A stretch of DNA of 64,000 bases from Octopus vulgaris (lineage: Eukaryota). Under the pieces are notes generated by a model. The model had not been told where the DNA came from. It ran no database searches and saw only the letters and a list, made by a program, of their open reading frames with translations. The position numbers and the translations under genes are program-made. The stretch is from NCBI GenBank assembly GCA_951406725.2, contig OX597816.1:62001-126000 (forward strand), in the 5' to 3' direction. This document shows, one piece after another, positions 39,120 to 52,231 of this stretch (positions are counted from its first letter, which is position 1; each line of letters begins with the position of its first letter).

Positions 39120-42100
39120 TAAGTGATACTTGACATCATCGGCAAATAGAAGGGTGTGTTGCGTGAGGTCGTCGGGCAAGTCATTTATGAAGACTAAAAA
39201 CAATAAGGGCCCAAGCACTGAACCTTGAGGCACGCCACTGCTCGCACTGGAGACATCGGACAGCGAACCATTAACTTGGACTTGGAAGGAGCGATCTGAG
39301 AGGAAGGCACCAACCCATCGTACAATATCTGGATGACAAGTAATAGGTGGTGGTTTACCGAGTCAAAAGCTTTGGCAAAGTCCAATAAAATGATGTCAAC
39401 AGCATCACCATCATCCAGGATACGCGTCACCAAGGATGGTTTTGAACATCTTACTGATTATTGATGTAAGGGAAACTGGTCGGTAGTTAAGCGGGTCTTC
39501 GTGGCTCCCTTTCTTGAAAATTGGGCAGATTATCGCTGTTCTCAAGTCCACAGGTATAACACCCGTCGCCAATGACATATTGAATAGATGTGTTAAGGGC
39601 TCGCATATGACCAGAGCCAACGCTTTGATAACTCGTGGGTGTATGCCGTCAGGGCCGTGACACTTGTTGACATCGAGGCCTTGAATAATGCGTTCGACTT
39701 CGTCCCGCGTGATGACCACTCGAAGCATTGGAGGTACCGATCTTTCAAATGGAGGGTTTCATGACCATCATCTTGTTTGAAAATAGTTGAAAAAGCCTCG
39801 GAAATTATTGACTCTGTTGATAAGGGTCCTCAATCGATACACCTGTTGAGTCTACCAACGTTGCAATTTGGTTGTTCAAGTGGGAATTCCGTTGGACATG
39901 GGCAAAGAAGGTTTTTGGATTGCTACTGGCATTTGCCGCGATTTTGTATTCATATCTGAAGCGTTCTTCCTTTTCAATTTTCACGGCTCAGTCTCGTTGA
40001 GTTTTGTACACCTCAAAAGCTGCAGTTGAATCCAGATTTTTGAATTCAGCCCAAGCAATATCTCTGAGTCGAAGTTCTCGTTTAACCTTCTTCGTCACCC
40101 AGGGCTTGTGTTTCTTCTTCTTGGGAAGCCCAACGGGAACTGCCTGGTCAGTCAACCAGATTACATATGCTTTGAGGGACGACCATAGTTCGTCAACTGA
40201 GGACAACGTCATCAGGGATCGCCAGTCCAGAAGCGCGGAAGCCTCGGTTAGAATTTCAAGATTAATTGCAGAGAAGACTCTACATGGCAGCGATGTAGTC
40301 GTGGGCATAGAAAAAGTTGTGTGCATGACGAACTTCAGGACCGCATGATCACTCTTGGCAACAGGGGCACACACCGATACGTCTGACACTGTTCTTGGAT
40401 AGCGGGAGAATACCAGATCCAGCATAGATGGCTGCTGCCCAGACTGATGCCTTATCGGATATTCAACATGTTGCAATAGAAAACAATCTTCAGCCACGTC
40501 AAGAAGGGCCTGGCTGAACCAGGAAGATGATGTACAAATTGATGCGGGCCAATCGATCGTGGGAGTGTTGAAGTCTCCTAATATCAAACAGTCATGAGAA
40601 GCTGAAACAAATCTTATCGCTTCGAGTAAATGAGCATCGTCCTGGGGGTCGGCAAGAGGCGGCCTGTAGACAGCTAACACGGGCAGGCAAAACCCGAATA
40701 GGCTCAGCTTGCAATAGACGGCATCGAATTTTGTTGTAGTTTGAGCATTAGTGGGTAGAATACCGCTGGACGGTTTGTGCTCAGATTTAACATACACAGC
40801 AACACCTCCACCTCGCCTTTTTTCTCTGTCACATCTGAAGAGGGCGTAGCCCTGTTGGTGGATTTCCGAGTCCTTTACTGCTGGAGTCAGCCAAGTCTCG
40901 GTGATAGCTATCACATCAGGGGAGTCACGTATGGCCAGTGTAAATAGTTCGCTGAACTTTAGAAATAAGGAGCACGAGTTGGTATAGACGATGCTGAGAT
41001 GTGAAGTTTGAGGGGCGGCAATTGGGGAACTAGCAGAATAAGGGGTATCAGAGATAGCATCGTTGACGGGGGTATCTACTTTACTTTGATTCGCCCTCAA
41101 TTCACTTTCCCTGTCAGCACTACAGCATGCGACCAGAGGTAGGACTTGATTATTTGTCCATCTTGGATGCGTAAACCCTTCTCTCCCATCTGTTTTCTCA
41201 TCTTCAGTTCAGATATTAGGTTTCTCCGGCGAATTCTCTCTCTCAGTGAGTATTCCTCGCGAAAACCCATATTGGGGTCCTCCCAGGCATGCATCTGAGC
41301 TCTGTTCAGAAAGGTTGAATCCTCTTGATCGGAAGAAAAGATTACTCTTATTGGGCATGGTCTAGTGTCTGAGGTTGAGTTCGCTTGGAATCTTCCTAGC
41401 TGAGCGACCTTATAGATACTGACATTTTCGTTGACAGAGAACAATTCTCCAACTAAAACGGAAACAAAATTTATGTCTTCTTTTAGGTGGTTTATGCCTG
41501 TATCACAGGTGGATTCAGCCTTACCATAAATGATTGCTGATCTTGAGTGGGCAAAAAGGTCTTTCTGTTCTCTACTATGAGCTGCAGCATTCGATTCTTC
41601 GTTGGATGATTTCGAAAGGGTGGTTTCATAGCCATCAGGCTTATGTCAGCCTTTGGGGTCGATCGGAATGGGTTTAGTGGTCATAACTTTCCCGCCTGGT
41701 TTGGAATTGCACTGCCTCTTCTTCGGTTTGGAGGAGCACCACTCCCCAGATGAACTCACATCAAGATCGTTCAGAATTGGTTGAGCAATGGCATTAATGG
41801 GAAGGACAAATGAGGGAGAATCCAAACAGATTTTATCGTGATCAGGTTTCGTAGCTAAATCTGCCCCACTGGAGTTTTGACTACGTTTCTTCTTTTTGGG
41901 AGAACAACGGTCTTCAGGCGGGTTTGAGTCTACGCTCTTCAAATTAGATTGGGGAACCTCTGGGACCGAAAAGGCAGATGAGGAAGAATCCGCACAGGAA
42001 CGATCATGTGCGGAAACGACCGCCGGTTCCTTCGCCTTCCTTGGCCGCTTCGATTTTGTTCCCTTCGGTTTGGACGTCTTCAGGGAAGAAATCAAGGGTG

Positions 42101-42480
42101 GTTCTGCGTCAATAGGAGACTGTTTATTCAGTAAATGAGCAACAACAGACTTTAGGTGCTCTACCTCTTGTTTGAGCAACAGCAACTGCTCGTTGAGATG
42201 ACTGTTGTAGGACCATCATCCTGATGAGAAGTCCTGAGTTCAGGGCCCCCATGTGAAAGCCTGATATCACCGATCGCCTCACCAACTGAATTCTCCAAAA
42301 AAGGGTCAGCAGAGCGAGCCCTTCTCGCAGATCTCAGTTTCGATATGTAGGTAGCTGACATGATAGATGGTTGCCAAAAACAATCTTCTATGGGCTCCAG
42401 GACAAATCTGAGTTAAAGCAGGAACAAAAACAGCTGCAATCCTTGTAGGAGTAGGCAACAGCAGACAAAAACTGAGAGAG
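39120..42480 (-). mobile_element. CR1-group LINE with ORF1 remnants, APE endonuclease and 5' RT, 3'-truncated
   Basis: ORF 39988-41100 is an APE (YTN..S, AITETWL, GGGVAVYV, LGDFN, LDLVF, SDH). RT fragments include GPDGIHP, NYRPVSLTS, LDFAKAFDSV, PQGSVLGP and LFADDVK. ORF1-like 41097-42361 contains RPCPIRVIF. Boundaries are approximate. Confidence 0.9.
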
Positions 42481-42499
42481 TTTGGGCTGAGAATGTAAC

Positions 42500-43095
42500 C
42501 ATGGATGATGCCAGTGTTGCATAACTGGCTCATTTAAAAGTACCCTTTAATCATTGGGCAATATACTGTGCTTGAGAAGACCTGTTGAGTCAAATGAAAT
42601 CATAGTCATGGCCAATGCCAGTGCCGCCTTACTGGCACCTATGCTGGTGGCACATAAAAAGGACCATCCGAGCATCCTCGATGTCAGTGCCGCCTGACTG
42701 GCTCCCATGCTGGTGGCAAGTAAAAGGCATCATTGGAGAGTGGTTGATGCCAGTACTGCGTCATTGGCTCCTGTGCCGGTGGCACATAAAATGCACCACT
42801 TGAATGGGGTCGTTGTCAGTGTCACCTGACTGGCTCCTGTGCCGGTGGCATGTAAAAAACACCATTCACGCATTGTTGATGCCAGTGCCGCCTGACTGGC
42901 TCCCATGTCAGTGGCACATAAAAGGCACCCACTTCACTTTTAGTGGTTGGTGTTAGGCAGGACATCCAGCTGTAGAAATCTTGCAAGATCAGGTTGGAAC
43001 CTGGAGCAGCCTCCTGGCTTGCCAGTCCTAAGTCAAACCATCCAGCCCAGGCCAGCATGGTAAGTGAAAGTTAAACAATGATAATGATGATGATA
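42500..43095 (+). mobile_element. RTE 3' UTR fragment with five 66-bp tandem units
   Basis: Units start at 42617, 42683, 42749, 42815 and 42881, followed by the RTE tail and (ATG)n. Confidence 0.9.
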
Positions 43096-43109
43096 TGTAT
43101 ATTTGTGTA

Positions 43110-43199
<90 letters not shown>

Positions 43200-43201
<2 letters not shown>

Positions 43202-43503
43202 AATTTATATATAACTTATAAAATAAGGGCAAAAGAAAAATTCTAGTGCTAGATATGCCAAAAATAGACAAAATTGTCAATAACCATTATAATTTATGCG
43301 TCTCGAAACAAGCCAAAGAAATTTCTAAAAAATTCCGTTATTACCGAATTGGTCCTAATTCCAATGGAATTTTTTAGAAATTTCTTTCAGCTTGTTTCGA
43401 GACGCATACATTATAATGGTTATTGACAATTTTATCAATTTTCGGTAAATTTGGCATTAGAATTTTTCTTTTGCCCTTATTTTATAAGTTATTTATAAAT
43501 TTA
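43200..43503. repeat. Foldback palindrome (about 140-bp arms)
   Basis: TAACTTATAAAATAAGGGCAAAAGAAAAATTCTA..GCGTCTCGAAACAAGC pairs with GCTTGTTTCGAGACGC..TAGAATTTTTCTTTTGCCCTTATTTTATAAGTTA. Confidence 0.9.
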
Positions 43504-44374
43504 ACCTTTAAAGGTATTTTTTAATATGCTGGCCATTGATAAAAAAATTTTTTCGAAAAAAATTTTGTCCTACATTAGATGTGTATATATATATATATAT
43601 ATATCTCCCTTCATCATTTGTGTAAAAAGTGTTACAGAAAGAATGGTTACTTTAACAAAGCAGGATACGAATGGTGTAATCAACAGGTAGATACTGGACA
43701 ACTATTAGTGAATAAATTAGCAAATAAAGAATTCTAGTAAGAGAGGACATGGTTTGAGAAAACAGGATATGATTACACAATCAAGAAGTAGGGGCTTATG
43801 ACTACTGACTTGTCAAATGGAAAGTGATATTCAGTTTTAGTAAAAACAATTTCCAGCAAACAGGATCTGAAAAATGATATACAGATAAACCAGAGTGAAG
43901 TTAGCAATGAAAAAATAGACGAAGCCAATAGAAATAATTACCACAGAGAAAAGAATGAACATGTTTCCAAGTATGTAAAAAAAAGTTCAAATAAGGATTG
44001 AAGTTAGTTCTTTTCTTGTAGCACAAGAATTTAGCTACATCCTTTTGCATTCTTGGTTCAAATCTTGTTATGGTTTACTTCACCTTTCTTCCATCCATCA
44101 AATAACCAGCTGGAGGAGATGCCCTCCTGAGGTTAAAATGGTAGTAACATCAGTTGCTACTGTTTGTAGAAAAAGCATCAGTTTGTAGAAAAATTAGCCC
44201 CAACAAATGCAAGCATGAAAAAGTGAATGTTAAATGATAAGTATTGTCTAATTGACACTTGGAATTTAATTCATGCCATATTTATTAAGGTATATCTTGG
44301 ATTTAAGGTTACAGAAATCACCTTTATCTGTTTTAAAAATTTTGTTAAAAAAATAGCTGCATGTAAAATGCTTC

Positions 44375-44770
44375 ATCAGTGTTTTAACATCCACCTTTTC
44401 CTTGCTTTCATGAGTTGGATGGAGTTTATTGAGGCAGATTTTCTATAGCCAGATGTCCTTTCTGTCACCAACTCTCACCTGTTTCCAAGCAAGGTATAAT
44501 TTATCCATAGCCAGATGTTTTCACAGAATATTGGAAATGAATTACACCACTTGAATGATGGCAAAACTCATTTGTAATTAACGTGTGATTTCAAGTCAAG
44601 GTGATGTAAACACAGACATACACACATATGGTGAACTTCTAGTTTCTGTGTACCAAATTCACTCACAAAGCTTTGACCATCCAGGGCAATAGAAGACACT
44701 TGACCAAGATACCACACAATGGGACTGAACCCAAAATAATGTAGTTGGGTACCAAACTTCTTAACTACTC
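44375..44770 (-). mobile_element. Diverged SINE with RTE-type tail (similar copies at about 48370-48810 and 49340-49620)
   Basis: Antisense SINE head (GGGACTGAACCC, AGAAGACACTTG) plus the antisense body and tail seen in 51715-52080. Confidence 0.65.
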
Positions 44771-47700
44771 TATTACAAAGCAGGAAAGTTGGTGTCAAGA
44801 ACAACAAACTGTTTCTTTCTTACAAAGAAAATGTGGATACTTGTCATTATTCATTTACAAAGCTCATACAAATACAAACAACTCACAGAAACAGTAGTTT
44901 TATTGACCCAAAGTTTGACAATATATTCCTATTATATGGCCATCCATCAGTTGATGTGTAAATGGATAGTTAATAAATAAAATACAATGATTAGAAAACG
45001 AAAGTGTAAGGTACAAAAGAATTACTTTAGTTATTTTCAAACTGTTATTCATTGTGCTATTCATATGTCTATTTCTGCTTTTGTATGTTTGTCCGGTTAA
45101 ATTTCATATCCTAATGAGGACAGGTTGTGGTATTTTAAAATGTTAAACATCATTAACTTGTTCTTTTCGTTCATCATTTTAATTTGGTTAAACCACTTTA
45201 TCCACTCATGTATAATGTGAGGTTACACTTCACTGTCTCCTTCTCAACCCTCCCCTCTGTGTTTGATTCTCTCTCACTAATGTCCTGACACTAGTTCTCA
45301 CTTTCTTCCTATTCTTTCTTAAGCATCCCTATCCTTTCTCAGCAATAAACTGACTTGGACTCCAGCAAACCATCAACCCATGTTGGTATGGCTGTTGGAC
45401 TAACTCATGCCATTACTGAGTCTACCTACTCAACTTACCTCATTACCATGATTACGTTGTCCCCTTTCCTTCTCCTTCACACTAACCTGACATTGTTCTT
45501 CCCTTCTCCTCAGTCTCTTATACTCCCATCTCAACATTGTTCCCTCTTTTATTCTCTCCATTATCATCCTTTCACAGTAAATTTTTTCCTTTCTGAGCTA
45601 CAAAGAAACCCCATCAGTGCTGGTGCCACAAAAAGCTCCCAGTACACTCTAAGTGATTGGTAATCAATCCAAACAGCAGCAACACAGAGCTTGAGAGGGC
45701 ATTTTAGTCTTGCTATTTGCAAGACAACTTCTAGTGTTGGTGCTGTGAAAAATGCATCCAGTATACTTTGTAATATGAATGGTGTCGGGAAGAACATCCA
45801 GTTGTGGAAACCAAGTCAAAACTGAGATCTTAAAAGAAGACTTGTTCCTCAGAATCATTTAATCTTGTCAAACTATGCCTACAAACAAGGCATTGGAGTA
45901 AAACATTTGGAATAAAACATGGTCCTCTGGTTTGTTGGATCCTGTCAAACCATCCAACCTATGCCAGTGTGGAAAGTGGACATAAAGTAATTATGATGAT
46001 AAATAACAAATTTCTCTGGTTACTTGTAGTATTCTTTTTTGAAATATTTTAAAAATAGTTTTTAATGAATGAAAAGAAAATGAATGTGCTAATTTTGGAA
46101 ACATTTTTCCTAAAATATCAACCTCCATTCTACACTATCCCCTGGAGAGACCTCAATAGTTTTATAGTTTTTTATTTATTCATTTTTCCATTACAATGAA
46201 TTAATTGCTGAAATTGACCAGGTTAAGCTCAAACCTATAATGTTATTTAGATTGTAAATACCAGTAACATTCTCCAAATTTCTTGGGACCAACTTACAAG
46301 ATATTATGCTGGTTGTTCATTCTTGAGTACAGCATTTTTTTTTTGATACATTTGATTTGTATCTAGCTGGATTTTAAAAATAATCATTTATATAAATACC
46401 AACGAAATAGAACATCCATAAGCCCTCTTCTTGAGGCTTGTTGGAAATTAACACTGATAGCATCATTTATTTATTCATCCTTATAATATGTTTAACTCAT
46501 TTGATACCAACCTGCCTGACATTTCCTCAGGTTCTATCTCACAGCTTTTTGTTTGAAAGGGATCTCAATTAAAACCTTCAAAATTTCACATTAATTTATG
46601 TTCCAAACACCAGCTTAAATAATGACAGTCATTTTACTATATTCTTCATTATTTTTAAAATTGATACAAAAGCGAGGTATTTCAATAGAAAGATGTTAAT
46701 GAAGCAGGTTAATAATAATGATTTTTATCTTTTGATATGGAAGAATGAAAGGGAAATTCTCATGACCCTTTACAGGGCTTTTGAAACCGGGTTGAGATGG
46801 GTGGGTGGAGAGAGAGTTACCCTCAAACACGAAACCTAACTTAAATGCTTGCAACAGAGTGGACTCTGCTGGAGACATCTATGGTGCCAAGATGGTGGTG
46901 TTAAACTCTACCACCCAAAGAGGTCATGGTGAAATTGAACTTAAAATGAAAACAGCTGGAACAAATACCACAAGACGTTTGGTCTGACATTCTTCCAGTT
47001 CCACCAATGCATCTCCTTGGATTGGTACTTTTCTATCAACTGTGGAAGAACAAAAGTCAAATTGTGCAGGGAATTGGAATGAGTATTGTGAAGCATTCTG
47101 TTTGTTGCTGTAGCAACTCTGTTATTTCACAGCCTCAATTCATCTAATTTTAGTAAGCCAAATATAACTAATATATTTATTCATTTAAAAGAGAATTAGT
47201 GTTATAGGGGACACTATCAGTAAATGGTAGAGTTTGAAGCGGGCAATAAGGTAGGGAGGACAACAATTGTGAGCAGTGTAAGAAATAAACAATGTTCCAT
47301 TTTATTGCTTAACAAAGTACTATTAAGTTTAATTACTGTAGAACAAATGGTGCAATCATTCCATCTAATTATCATCATTAATATATTATTAACATAATTT
47401 AGCAACCATTCACAAGTGTTTGCTCTTCATTTTGTTACTAATTGCTTTAATTTCTCCTATCACTGTTTTAGGCCTTCAATTTCCTGTTTCTTAAGAGCAA
47501 TCATTTCAGTTTTTACTACTGTTTCACAAGAAACTTGTGTAACAATTTCATCTTTCAGTTAGATCTGAGTAACTTAATTAAAACTATTTTAGATGTTGTT
47601 TTCAAAATTGTTAACCATTAATGATGTTCAGTTAGTCATACTATCAATGTTTATTAGTTGTATTTTATATGGATTTGTATAAATTAAACAGTTAATTGTA

Positions 47701-48810
47701 ACCCATGCTATGTAATCCTATAATTTAGAGAGATTGGCTCTTTAATCCACAGTGGTTTGCTTGTTTTATTCATTTTATCACCTAATAAGTGTGTGTATGT
47801 GTGTGGATTTAAAAAAGGTCAGTGTTTATATTAACGTTTCAGCGTTTATTAATTTGGATAAAATATTTTTTGTGCAGGGTTTTCACTATTTATGTAGAAG
47901 TGTGAATAAATGTTCAGCATCTCTTAGAATCAAGATCACATGAATAAATATTTTTTTGTTAGGATTATTACACTGTATAAATGTACTGATTCTATTAATG
48001 AACTGTTGGTATAAAGACATATTAAACACTGAAGATGAAACAAAATTTTACAAATTAAATATTCTGTTTAAATGCCAGTATACGATACAATAATGTATCT
48101 ATACATTTCAGTATCGGTTAGGGTTATCCATTGTTTTTTTTTTTTGTTTTGTTTTAGTGGGGTCAACAGTGAACACCTTCCTTTAGACAATGTCTTCATA
48201 ACATTCACTGGTGTAAAGAAACTTTGATACACTGCAGTGTTTCAACCTTGTTGTGATCTCGTCAGTCAAAGCTACTTTACTAGGCCAATAATTCTAATGA
48301 GTGGACAGAAAATATGTATTATATTTAGAGCTTGTTATGGTTTATACACAGACACACGCACACACATCACCATCCATTTTTTCCATACTTGCACGGATTT
48401 TATTGAAGCAGATTTTCAACTGCTGGGTGAACTCCCTGTCAGCAACCCTCATCTATTCCCAAGTAAGGTAATGTTTCTTCATGGCTAGACATGTTTTTAC
48501 AGAATATTGAAAATGAATGACCCTGCTTGTATGACAGTGACATGGATTTACAACTATTCCATGATATCAAGACAAGATGACACAAAAACGCACACACACA
48601 CACACATGCATACATACATCTACACACATACATACATCTACAAACACACACACACATTGATCTTCTTTCAGTTTCCATCTACCAAATCCATTTACAAGCC
48701 TTTGATTAGATCAGAGCTATAGTAAAAGATACCTGATATGTCATGCAGTGGTACTGAACTTCAAACCATATAGTTGCAAAGCAAACTTCTAAGCCACACC
48801 TGTTCCTTGT

Positions 48811-48851
<41 letters not shown>

Positions 48852-49692
48852 CATATCACTGAAAGTAAGTTTGGGGTTTCTTTTTATGGATTCCAAGGTT
48901 CACATTCATTAGTCATGAAAGTATACTAAGCTTTATAGTTAAGTACTTACTGTTGTTTCACCATTCTCTTTACTCTATTTGGCTCTCTGCTTTTCTCTGA
49001 CCACCTGATCTAGTGTAGTTGTGCTATTGGTTGCTAGTAGTACTACAAATTGAGTGGAAACAACTTCACTCAATTCTTTGTACCTGTAAAATATTTATGA
49101 ATTATGATGATGTGCAAGCAAAGACAGTGACTCTTTGATGTTGTATCAACCAAGAAGCCAAGATGTAGCTTGTTGTGGGTACTCCAATTTGTTCTGTGAC
49201 TGAAAATTGGTTTTGTACAGGTAGAAATAACTCAGTTGTTTTGCTTTATGGTAATACTGTAAAATCATGCTTGCAGAATGTATATAGCTTGGAGTTGGAT
49301 GGGCTTTGCCAAGCACCTAATGTATATCATCAACATAATTACTTGCACTTTTCCATGCTTGCATGAGTCAAATGGAATTTATTGAGGCAGATTTTTTCAA
49401 GGAATAGTGGAAACCAATGACACTTATTTACAGTGGCACACTGTCAAGACAAGGAATCTCCTGCCCCTACACAATGGGCTGCTTTCAGTTTCTGTCTACC
49501 AAATTTACATTCAAGGTTTCAATCAGCACAAGGCTGTGGAAGATACTTGGTGCAAGGTGTGGGACATCATGTATTGGGACTGAGCATGAAACCACATGGT
49601 TACAAAGCACACTCCACATTGTTATGCCTCTGTGTGTATGTAGTGTGTTTGTGTGTGTACATGTTTGTGTATATGCTACATAAAAACACTCT

Positions 49693-50355
49693 TTAGTAAC
49701 ACCCCCTTATCTTAATAAATTAAGGGTCTCACCATCACACATCATGAAAATCACAAAAATAATTCAAAATTACTTAAAATTTTGTGAAATTTGATACTTT
49801 TTTCTGGTATATTTTGACAGTTCATGATGCAAATGAAAGCTAAAATTTTGGCCTTTAACACAATGCCATTTTTACCTATGTTAACTAAATAATGCAAACA
49901 GAAAATAATTAAATCTAAAAATAGGGCAAAAATGTACTCTTTTTAAAAGGGGAAAAATTTTACCCCCCTTTCCAAAATCCCCCAAATTTTTACACCTACT
50001 ATTAAAGATAACCGCCTCTAGCCCCTGCAGCAACACAAAAGCCACCATTATTCAAACAGTGCAACCTGTCCATCCTATAAAACTCAATTTTTTCCATATT
50101 CCTCACCATGGCAACCAAACGGTAGCCCCAAGCGACTTGCAACCCTCCTCACACCATTGCCCACCCCATTTTACTCCCCAGTGTAAATCTTGGTGCCAAT
50201 CTGTCCCCATCTACTGCCTCTTAAATCATTCCCATCCCAAAATGAGACAAATAACCAAGAAATCAAAGAACTTTTTCGCATTTCGGCTTTATAGATATTG
50301 ATGATTATATATATATATATATATATGTATACACATTATATATATGTTTATATAT

Positions 50356-50394
<39 letters not shown>

Positions 50395-50906
50395 AAAATT
50401 AATACAATATATCTGATTAATGATATCTGCTTTGATTGTGCAGTGGTGGTGGGCGATAATAAATCACCGTTTTAAAAGACCTGTGGCGGAAATATTTAAA
50501 CATTTGCAGCTGTCAACGTTTTCTCTCTATAGATACAGACAGACGTACAATGAGAGAGGTGGTGGGAGAAAGAGTGACAGAGACACGGCGAAGGCGGAAA
50601 GGGAATGAGAGTGGAAGCTGTTAAATGTCGTTATAGAGAGAAAGTGGAAGGAAGGAAGGAAATAGAGAGATCAAGGAAGACAGGGTGATATCCAAAAGAG
50701 AGAAACGACAAACACTTCTCAAAGTCTGGGTTTTGTTGCCCTAGTAACCACTGCTTTTGAGATAGGGGTTTCTAACCTAGTCCAGTCGCTTCCTTGCCTC
50801 TTTTTACATGTCCCTGTAAATTTTGGCGCCAATCCAACCCCATCTACCGTTCCCATCCCAATATGAGACAAACAAATTTTTTGTATTTCAGCTTTATAGA
50901 TATTGA
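49693..50906 (-). mobile_element. Two related Helitron-like non-autonomous elements (49693-50301 and 50741-50906)
   Basis: Both share the minus-strand start TCAATATCTATAAAGC and CCATCCCAA.ATGAGACAAA. Left ends are YTAGTAAC with a nearby hairpin. Confidence 0.4.
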
Positions 50907-51153
50907 TAAATGAAAATTGAAGGCAGAATTATGGCGGATCAATTATTGAAATGTGTTAAAATTCATAAATCTTTTGCTGACACTATTTTGATTAAAAATA
51001 ACTTGGTAAAAAGTATGACCAGTTTATTTCAATCCTGTATTAGAGGACGTATGACAACTTCATGTCACCTGTCTTTTATTGGGGAGGGGTCATGAAAGTT
51101 TTTTTTCCATCTTTGACACAACTATTTCATTAAAAAAAATATAAAAAAACATA

Positions 51154-51564
51154 GGCGCAGGAGTGGCTGTGTGGTAAGTAGCTTGCTAACCAACCACATG
51201 GTTCCGGGTTCAGTCCCACTGCGTGGCATCTTGGGCAAGTGTCTTCTGCTATAGCCCCGGGCCGACCAATGCCTTGTGAGTGGATTTGGTAGACGGAAAC
51301 TGAAAAGAAGCCTGTCGTATATATGTATATATATATTATAAGTGTGTGTATGTTTGTGTGTCTGTGTTTGTCCCCCTAGCATTGCTTGACAACCGATGCT
51401 GGTGTGTTTACGTCCCCGTCACTTAGCGGTTCGGCAAAAGAGACCGATAGAATAAGTACTGGGCTTCCAAAGAATAAGTCCCGGGGTCGATTTGCTCGAC
51501 TAAAGGCGGTGCTCCAGCATTGCCGCAGTCAACTGACTGAAACAAGTAAAAGAGTAAAAGAGTA
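51154..51564 (+). mobile_element. Full-length tRNA-derived SINE (young copy)
   Basis: Near-identical to 10732-11134, with a (GTAAAAGA)2 tail. Confidence 0.9.
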
Positions 51565-51714
51565 TTGATAGATTTTTTATTTTAACTAATGTTTCAGGTT
51601 TATTTATAGAATGTTTCACTAGTTTCTCTCTTTCTGTTTTTTCTTTTTACTAGATTCAGTTAAAGGACTATGCAGAGAGATTTTAATTAATTACATCAAA
51701 CTCATAGAATGTCA

Positions 51715-52080
51715 ATGTGGCTGAGTAGTTAAGCTTGCTTCCCAACCACATCATTTCAGCTTCAGTTCCACTGTGTAGCCCCTTGGGCAAGTGTCTATTA
51801 CTATATCCCCCAAAGCTTTGTGAGTGGATTGGGTTGGCAGAAACTGAAAGAAGCTCATCATGTGTGTGTGTTGTGTGATAGTTGTAAATGCATGCCACTA
51901 TCCTACAAGCAGTATCATTCATTTCCAATATTCTGTGAAACCATGTCAGGACATGGGGAAATATTACTTTGCTTGAAAATAGAAGGTTGGCAACAAAAAG
52001 GGCATCCAACATTGAAAATCTGCCTCAGATTCATGCAAGCATAGTATGATGGACATTAAAACAATGATAGTGATTATGAT
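51715..52080 (+). mobile_element. SINE with the same head but an RTE-type tail
   Basis: The head matches the 51154 SINE. The 3' end GGTTGGCAACAAAAAGGGCATCCA..GCAAGCATAG..GGACATTAAAACAATGAT resembles the RTE tail. Confidence 0.7.
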
Positions 52081-52190
52081 AGCTTTTTAAGTAGATTGCC
52101 TTAATTGATATTTATGTGCACCATGCTGTGAATCTGGAGGATAGTTCAGAAAATGGAAATTAGAAGTGTATTCTCTCCCTCCCTCTCTCT

Positions 52191-52231
<41 letters not shown>

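Noticed and set aside
42617-42930. CRISPR-like look: conserved ~50-bp repeat plus ~16-nt variable spacers
   Set aside because: The spacers are mutated versions of one consensus (TTCGAGCGTGGTCGAT). The array lies in a LINE 3' UTR of an animal genome, and there are no cas genes.
51624-51724. Strong polypyrimidine tract plus AG as a DENND5 exon 2 acceptor
   Set aside because: The phase-1 reading shows no DENN similarity and runs into a SINE and a stop.
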